Shown here piece after piece: positions 27,227-32,388 of a stretch of DNA of 32,388 nt. The DNA lies in IMG/VR virus record IMGVR_UViG_3300025637_000035, positions 1-32,388 of that record. The stretch is one strand, 5' to 3'. A program made the translations under genes and the position numbers. This stretch comes from a virus (lineage: Duplodnaviria; Caudoviricetes). Under the pieces are notes generated by a model. That model was not told where the DNA came from, searched no databases, and saw only the letters and a list, made by a program, of their open reading frames with translations. The stretch's first letter is position 1. Each line of letters opens with the position of its first letter.

Positions 27227-27943
27227 ATGGGAAAAGAAGAAAGACCAAGATTAAAAGGCAATGTATTAAAGGCTTATAAAAATCTAATCAAGAAGGAGGA
27301 AAGAATTTTAGTAATTGGAGACTTGCACGAACCGTTCTGCTTAGAGGGTTATCTACAACATTGCAAGGAAGTATATTCAAAACACAATTGTAACAAAGTT
27401 ATCTTTATTGGAGATGTGATAGATAATCACTATTCGTCATTTCATGAACCAGACCCAGATGGAATGGGTGGTGGGGATGAATTAGATTTAGCCATTAAGA
27501 AATTAAGCAGATGGTATAAAGCATTTCCTAAAGCTGATGTATGTATTGGAAATCACGACCGTATTATTACAAGAAAGGCATTTAGTTCTGGAGTGCCTAA
27601 GAGATGGATAAAAGGAATGGCAGAAGTATTAGAAACTCCTAAATGGAATTTTGATACTCGTTTTGTTTATGATGGTGTACAATATATACACGGAGAGTCT
27701 GGAAGAGCCACAAAGAAGGCTAAAGATGATATGATGTCAACTGTTCAAGGGCATAGACATACTGAAATGTTTACAGAGTTTGCGGTTGGTGCTAACTATA
27801 AAGTCTTTGGTTGTGCAGTTGGTTGTGGTATAGATAGCAAACTTTATGCTTTCGCATACGGAAAGCACTTTAAGAAACCAGCTATTGGAGTTGCAGTTGT
27901 GTTTGGTGGTAAGTACGCAATAAACGAACCAATGCACTTATAA
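27227..27943 (+). CDS. Calcineurin-like metallophosphoesterase
   Basis: GDLH, GDVID, GNHD, HG and GHRH motifs. Confidence 0.9.
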   Translation: MGKEERPRLKGNVLKAYKNLIKKEERILVIGDLHEPFCLEGYLQHCKEVYSKHNCNKVIFIGDVIDNHYSSFHEPDPDGMGGGDELDLAIKKLSRWYKAFPKADVCIGNHDRIITRKAFSSGVPKRWIKGMAEVLETPKWNFDTRFVYDGVQYIHGESGRATKKAKDDMMSTVQGHRHTEMFTEFAVGANYKVFGCAVGCGIDSKLYAFAYGKHFKKPAIGVAVVFGGKYAINEPMHL

Positions 27944-29245
27944 TATAAAGTCTATTTTATCAGACCAATCTTTAGGGATATCCATATCATGCGTATGTAT
28001 ATACTTCTCTAATGCTTCTCTTGTTTCGTGTCCTGTAATTGGCTGCAAGAACTCTATTGCTTCTGAGTAACTTTTGTTCTCGGTTGTTCTTAGGGTTCTG
28101 AATAGATTAGTTATAAAGGAGTGCCTAAATGAATAGAGACCATATTTTGCACCTAAATTAAATTTATCTTTTACAACTTTAAAACGTTTAGAAAAGGCAT
28201 CTCTTTTTGAGTTATCATCTGAAACCCAATCAGAAGGTTTATCATTCATTGTAAATAGAAAATCCTCCTTATTATATAAATGTAAATTCATAGCTTTTAT
28301 ATCCTCTATAAATATACTTGGTATTCTCTTTACTTTTAATGGTTTGTTTTTCGCTTTGAAATACAGTAAACTTTCCTCCAGGTTTATATCTTTCACTTTT
28401 AATCTGTTTACTTCAACTGGTCTTAAAAATGAATATGCTACAAATCGGATGTATAATAATAGGTAGGGATCATTCTTTCTTAACCAATCAACAATTTCTT
28501 TTAATTCTTTTTTTGTAAAAGTCCTATCTGTTTTTGCTTTGGTCTTTTCGTTACTAATATCTTTAATAAAATTCCTATCAATTATATCCAGCTGATTTTC
28601 CATTATTGAGAAAAGAGCAGATAAAGATGCTTTTGAGTTGTTTCTGGTTCTTGCAGAAGTTTCCTTTAATTTGTGGTTTAAGAATTTTAAAACTGCAGAT
28701 TTGTTTAACTCGTTAATGTCTTTAATTGAGTTTTTAGCACCTATAAATTCAATGAATTGATTCTTGGTTGTTCTGTAACTCGAAGATGTTACCTTTGCAA
28801 CTGTTAATTTTGAATGGTTGTAAGCTAAATCTAATGCTTCTTTTATTGAGTGTATTTCTTTAGACTCGTTTAACTCAAAATTATCTTGGTTGTCATTATA
28901 AGGAGACCAGCCATTAATAATGGATTCTTTTAATGCTTTTTTATTTGTTTTTAAAAAATCATATCGTAAAGACATCGTGCGAAGCCTATTTACACCACCC
29001 TTATAGTTTGTTTGTCTTTCTAGTAAGTCTGTTTTAGGATTTCTAAAAAACCAAATAAGACACCATGATTTTTTAAGTGCTTTGCTTTTTTCTGCTTTTG
29101 TGAGAATATCCCAATCTTTGACATTAACTCCGCCAGTATAAAGGGAAATGGTGTATTTCTTCTTCATTTTATTGGTAGTGGATAAGAACGATGCTAAACT
29201 GTTACCTTTAGTGTTACGTTTACTCTTGTTTTTCTTTTTACCCAT
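27938..29245 (-). CDS. int: Tyrosine integrase
   Basis: LRPVEV, YSFRH, TGH, catalytic Y (EKY); adjacent to attP; alternative start at 29167. Confidence 0.92.
   Translation of the reverse strand: MGKKKNKSKRNTKGNSLASFLSTTNKMKKKYTISLYTGGVNVKDWDILTKAEKSKALKKSWCLIWFFRNPKTDLLERQTNYKGGVNRLRTMSLRYDFLKTNKKALKESIINGWSPYNDNQDNFELNESKEIHSIKEALDLAYNHSKLTVAKVTSSSYRTTKNQFIEFIGAKNSIKDINELNKSAVLKFLNHKLKETSARTRNNSKASLSALFSIMENQLDIIDRNFIKDISNEKTKAKTDRTFTKKELKEIVDWLRKNDPYLLLYIRFVAYSFLRPVEVNRLKVKDINLEESLLYFKAKNKPLKVKRIPSIFIEDIKAMNLHLYNKEDFLFTMNDKPSDWVSDDNSKRDAFSKRFKVVKDKFNLGAKYGLYSFRHSFITNLFRTLRTTENKSYSEAIEFLQPITGHETREALEKYIHTHDMDIPKDWSDKIDFIL
29196..29218 (+). repeat. Putative integrase arm site, left
   Basis: AAACTGTTACCTTTAGTGTTACG, 22/23 identical to 29436-29458. 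Confidence 0.7.
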
Positions 29246-29312
29246 AGTAAAATATGTTAAGTTTTAGTACTTAAAATACTTACTATGAGCAACTTGGTTA
29301 AAATTTTAATTT

Positions 29313-29356
29313 GTAGCGAGAACGGGATTTGAACCCGTGACCTCAGGGTTATGAAT
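29313..29356 (-). other. attP: attP core: 3' half of tRNA-Met(CAT)
   Basis: Reverse complement ATTCATAACCCTGAGGTCACGGGTTCAAATCCCGTTCTCGCTAC contains the anticodon loop, T-arm and 3' acceptor strand; no 5' half is present. Confidence 0.88.
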
Positions 29357-29435
29357 TGTGAGGTATAATCTTAAAAATAGTTAAACCAATGATTTACAAA
29401 TAGTTAGTGTTTTATTTTTTATCCCTAAACAGTTA

Positions 29436-29458
29436 AAACTGTTACTTTTAGTGTTACG
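29436..29458 (+). repeat. Putative integrase arm site, right
   Basis: AAACTGTTACTTTTAGTGTTACG. Confidence 0.7.
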
Positions 29459-29571
29459 GCTATAATTTTTGTTTTAATGCAACTTGTTAATAATTTGTTA
29501 GTTTTTGATGGATTATTAGTTGCTTGTTACAATTAATTTTACTACTTTTATAGAGTTAAGAAATAAGATAT

Positions 29572-29694
29572 ATGCCCCATAAAAAATTAGAAGAGTACAG
29601 GAAAGAAATTGCAATAAATAAAGAAATAATAAAAAACCTTAAAAAAACCAAAACAAAAGAAGAACTAAATACTATTCTTTTAAGATTTCAATAA
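29572..29694 (+). CDS. Small basic ORF (40 aa), not in ORF track
   Basis: MPHKKLEEYRKEIAINKEIIKNLKKTKTKEELNTILLRFQ; convergent with and overlapping the repressor. Confidence 0.4.
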   Translation: MPHKKLEEYRKEIAINKEIIKNLKKTKTKEELNTILLRFQ

Positions 29695-30013
29695 CTCTTT
29701 TTTGGCTTTCAACTTCAAACCACAAACTGTACATTTCTGTTTGTAGCAATTTCGTGTGATTTTTTATCACATCAGATGCTAAATCCTCCATTCTTTTTAC
29801 CTCCTCCAGATCCAAAACCATTGCTTTTCCATCTGTTTTTGACTTAATTTCGCAAAAATCAATAATTTTATTCCTAGTTTTTCTTTGAGGTTTTGCATTT
29901 TCAGAAGCAAATAATTTTCTTAACGATGCCTCGTTAAGCCCTGTCTCCTTTGATATTTCGTATGCTGAGTATTTATTTTCCTTAATATATTTTAAGGATT
30001 CTTCGAACGTCAT
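29672..30013 (-). CDS. Probable XRE-family HTH repressor
   Basis: SAYEISKETGLNEASLRKLF...PQ HTH; divergent from the lytic genes and close to the integrase. Confidence 0.75.
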   Translation of the reverse strand: MTFEESLKYIKENKYSAYEISKETGLNEASLRKLFASENAKPQRKTRNKIIDFCEIKSKTDGKAMVLDLEEVKRMEDLASDVIKNHTKLLQTEMYSLWFEVESQKRVIEILKE

Positions 30014-30035
30014 AATATTTTTTTTTTAAAAAACA

Positions 30036-30067
30036 TTGGTTTTTAACCGTAAAACATCGTATCTTTG
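30036..30067 (+). promoter_or_regulatory. Bacteroidota housekeeping-type promoter driving early genes
   Basis: TTG-N21-TATCTTTG matches the -33/-7 (TAnnTTTG) consensus. Confidence 0.7.
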
Positions 30068-30148
30068 TTGAAAGATTGTTAGTAAATGTACAATAATTAG
30101 TGCAAAAAATCTAATAATAGTACAACTATATACTGTTATTTAGAATGA

Positions 30149-30225
30149 TTATAAAGAGTCTGAATCTATCTCTATAAGTTGGAGGGTAATGAAAGAGAAT
30201 AGAGATGGGTTGCAGTCTTTGATAA
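30149..30225 (+). other. Long hairpin 3 in the early leader
   Basis: TTATAAAGA..CTG.AATCTATCTCTAT pairs with ATAGAGATGGGTT.CAG.TCTTT.ATAA. Confidence 0.6.
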
Positions 30226-30254
30226 AAAATAAGATAAAAATTAAATTATACAAA

Positions 30255-30482
30255 ATGATTACAATTCAAAGAAACTTAGTGGAAATGATGTCTAAAACAA
30301 ATTTATCCACAGACTCCAAAACAAAGGAAACCTTCAACAAGATTATTTATAACGCATTTGAAAAAAGCGATACAAATTTAGAAGATACAGTTCTTCTAAC
30401 ATTGGCTTATAAATATGAGTTAGAATGCTTTGAAGAGATGATGAATATTATCGAAACAGAAGGAGAAAGATTGCCTTTTTAA
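30255..30482 (+). CDS. Hypothetical early protein
   Basis: ATG 30255 with an A-rich leader is preferred, since ATG 30189 lies inside hairpin 3; ends ERLPF. Confidence 0.6.
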   Translation: MITIQRNLVEMMSKTNLSTDSKTKETFNKIIYNAFEKSDTNLEDTVLLTLAYKYELECFEEMMNIIETEGERLPF

Positions 30483-30483
30483 A

Positions 30484-30669
30484 ATGACTGCACTGGAACA
30501 ACAAATAATAAACCTTTTACCAACGCTTTCAGTTAAAGCGAAGAACGAGGCACGTTTAATTCTAGGAGTAAAAGCATCAAAACCAAAAGCAAACAAAGGG
30601 CTTTCAATAGAAGAAGCAAGAGTAGGTATTAACAAGTTCTTGAAGTTACAAAAACAGAAAAATTATTGA
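30484..30669 (+). CDS. Hypothetical basic protein
   Basis: 61 aa, 1 nt from the previous stop codon. Confidence 0.6.
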   Translation: MTALEQQIINLLPTLSVKAKNEARLILGVKASKPKANKGLSIEEARVGINKFLKLQKQKNY

Positions 30670-30720
30670 CGTGGATCGAGGCTGCCACAAATTTCAGTCC
30701 TAAATTAAACAATTATTGAC

Positions 30721-31392
30721 ATGGGTTTTTTAACAAGACAACCAAAGAGTACAAATCCAACCTCTAAGTTTTTAGAGTGGAAAAGTAACAACAAGAGTTT
30801 TAGCTTTTATAATAAAGAGTTAAAGCAAAACGAAGAAGTAAAACTTCCATTAACTTTTTTAGTATTAGAGGAATTCCATACAATCAAGGGGTTCTCTGAT
30901 TCTGACCAGACTGGTATTTATTCAAATGAAATCTTACAAATTAGTGCAGAAGAGTTTGAAGTAAAAACTTTCAAAGGTAGAGTGATTGCAAAGGGTACTT
31001 ATTCAGACATCAAAGGAGCAGTTAATGCTGCTGGTGGTAATTACAACAAATCTATTTATGCAGTAACCAAAGAAGGAAACTTAATAAACATCTCTTTTAA
31101 AGGTGCAGCAGTTTCTAAGTGGTCTCAATTTACTGAGAAAGGTGCTTGGAAAAGATTGAAAGATGAATGGGTAACAATAGAGGATGCAGAAGACCACAAG
31201 AAAGGAATGGTTTCTTATTCTACACCAAACTTTAAATTCAACACTTCTTTAACAGATTACGAATTTAAGATAGTAGAAGCAAAAGCCAACGAATTAGAAA
31301 GCTACATGGATGGATATCTTGCTAAAGATGAAGCTACGAAAGTAGAAGAACCAGCTTTAGTTGAGGATAAAATCGAAAACGTACCCTTCTAA
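30721..31392 (+). CDS. Possible single-stranded DNA-binding protein
   Basis: Beta-rich core, acidic tail ending VPF, early/replication region. Confidence 0.45.
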   Translation: MGFLTRQPKSTNPTSKFLEWKSNNKSFSFYNKELKQNEEVKLPLTFLVLEEFHTIKGFSDSDQTGIYSNEILQISAEEFEVKTFKGRVIAKGTYSDIKGAVNAAGGNYNKSIYAVTKEGNLINISFKGAAVSKWSQFTEKGAWKRLKDEWVTIEDAEDHKKGMVSYSTPNFKFNTSLTDYEFKIVEAKANELESYMDGYLAKDEATKVEEPALVEDKIENVPF

Positions 31393-31811
31393 TGAGTAAG
31401 GAATTCTTTTTTGAGATGCGTGAACAAGAGGTTGCGCATCTCTTAACAGAAGTAGAAGAGGGCAACGTTGCTGCCCTCTCTACTTATGGGAACTTAAAAA
31501 AGTGTCAAGCACTTTATGCAGAAGCTATAAGGCAAATTGAAGAAATTGCTTTTAATGAGGCTGATCTATACTCCGAGAAAACTTTTCAAGATTCTGGTTT
31601 CTCATTCGAAAAAAGAAACGGTGGCATTCGATATTCTTTCAAACATATTGAAGAGTGGCAAGAATTGGAAAACCAAAAGAAAGAAGTAGAAGCTAAAAGC
31701 AAACAAGCCTATTTAGCTATGCAAAGAAATTTACTTGTAGGCACAGAAGATGGTGAAGTAGTTGAAATGCCTAAAGTAAGTTATACTAAAAACTCATTAA
31801 TTGTAAAGTAA
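31392..31811 (+). CDS. Hypothetical protein
   Basis: TAATG-coupled, 139 aa. Confidence 0.7.
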   Translation: MSKEFFFEMREQEVAHLLTEVEEGNVAALSTYGNLKKCQALYAEAIRQIEEIAFNEADLYSEKTFQDSGFSFEKRNGGIRYSFKHIEEWQELENQKKEVEAKSKQAYLAMQRNLLVGTEDGEVVEMPKVSYTKNSLIVK

Positions 31812-31817
31812 ATAATC

Positions 31818-31976
31818 ATGAAAATCACAAGAGAGACACAATTAAAACTGGCTGCAGAACATGCAGAAGACAAAACAACAAGAGAACTATTATCCTTTTT
31901 TGAAGGGATGCAAGCAATAATTTCTTTGATAGAAAAGAAAACAGAAGCAGATTTTCAAGCTAATAGATTTTTTTAA
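31818..31976 (+). CDS. Small hypothetical protein (52 aa), not in ORF track
   Basis: MKITRETQLKLAAEHAEDK...; coupled to the next gene. Confidence 0.6.
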   Translation: MKITRETQLKLAAEHAEDKTTRELLSFFEGMQAIISLIEKKTEADFQANRFF

Positions 31977-32113
31977 TGGAAGCATTCGATAACCAATTGC
32001 ACGAACACTTGAAAGATAGTGAGTACGAAGGAGAATGTGAGGAGTGCCAAACTCCTATTGATACGGACTATGGATATTGTAGTAAAAACTGTTATAAAGA
32101 ATCTTTAACATGA
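31976..32113 (+). CDS. Small zinc-finger protein (45 aa), not in ORF track
   Basis: CEEC-x9-YCSKNC; TAATG and ATGA coupling. Confidence 0.7.
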   Translation: MEAFDNQLHEHLKDSEYEGECEECQTPIDTDYGYCSKNCYKESLT

Positions 32114-32217
32114 ATAAAGTAGAAAAAATGCAGAATTTTTTGGATTGGTTCAAGGAACTAAGATCTGTACATATTATTACAAATGAAGAGTTTTTAAACA
32201 TACTCAATAAGATGTAA
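32110..32217 (+). CDS. Small hypothetical protein (35 aa), not in ORF track
   Basis: ATGA-coupled; MNKVEKMQNFLDWFKELRSVHII... Confidence 0.55.
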   Translation: MNKVEKMQNFLDWFKELRSVHIITNEEFLNILNKM

Positions 32218-32262
32218 AACGCAACACTTCAACACTTTTTATATCAAACTAGATTTCTCTAG

Positions 32263-32388
32263 AAAAAAAAAATAAAAAAAAAAAAAGTTTTTCAAAAATT
32301 TTTTTAAAGTGTTGCAAGTGTTGTTGAGAGGTAAAAACCTAATAAACATAAGGGTTTGTTAACGCAACACTTTATAAAATAAAGTGTA
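32263..32388 (+). repeat. Terminal direct repeat (126 bp), right copy
   Basis: Identical to 4-129. Confidence 0.95.

Larger units (their letters stand above)
1..32388. mobile_element. Complete temperate tailed phage genome (excised/circular form), probable Bacteroidota host
   Basis: Terminal overlap, full set of replication, packaging, head, tail, lysis and lysogeny modules, intact attP, no host chromosomal genes. Confidence 0.93.

Noticed and set aside
29313-29356. Functional tRNA-Met gene
   Set aside because: Only the 3' half is present, with no D-arm or 5' acceptor strand; it is better explained as attP
30303-30311. Perfect DnaA box TTATCCACA
   Set aside because: Single copy inside a CDS; roughly expected by chance in an AT-rich 32 kb sequence
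2043-30635. Short minus-strand ORFs in the track (e.g. 2043, 5419, 10565, 14159, 17083, 21617, 30420)
   Set aside because: Antisense shadows of well-supported plus-strand genes, with no recognisable motifs
32263-32388. Terminal repeat as a biological DTR
   Set aside because: Its 126-bp length fits a k=127 assembly overlap, it starts at a homopolymer, and a PBSX/SPP1-like terminase suggests headful packaging
1-32388. Stop-codon reassignment
   Set aside because: The standard code gives dense, full-length, coupled genes, and TAA, TAG and TGA are all used as stops

Overview
This window appears to be a complete, circularly assembled, AT-rich temperate siphovirus-type phage genome of about 32.26 kb; positions 4-129 are repeated at 32263-32388. 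The host is probably Bacteroidota/Flavobacteriia, judged from a TAnnTTTG promoter, A-rich leaders without Shine-Dalgarno sequences and a BT4734/VirE-type primase. Modules in order: (1) a candidate iteron/A-tract origin at the junction; (2) replication and DNA modification (primase-helicase, DnaA-domain-IV-like HTH, C5 methyltransferase, SNF2 helicase, PAPS-reductase-like protein, VRR-NUC); (3) a phage sigma factor; (4) terminase; (5) tail genes placed before head genes; (6) a portal with a C-terminal extension; (7) a repeat-rich fibre and two paralogous receptor-binding-like proteins; (8) lysis genes and a metallophosphoesterase; (9) a tyrosine integrase with an intact tRNA-Met-targeting attP, a repressor and early genes. 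The strongest signals outside the ORF track are: a six-copy AAAAT-N13-YATTATATA late-promoter motif lying exactly 3 nt before ATG in four genes, implying leaderless late mRNAs; a hidden -1 frameshift ORF at a T9 site; an 18-aa motif shared by a baseplate-region protein and the fibre tip; three long intergenic hairpins; and conserved DNA boxes flanking the variable domains of the two receptor-binding paralogues. All product calls come from motif recognition by eye; no database searches were run.
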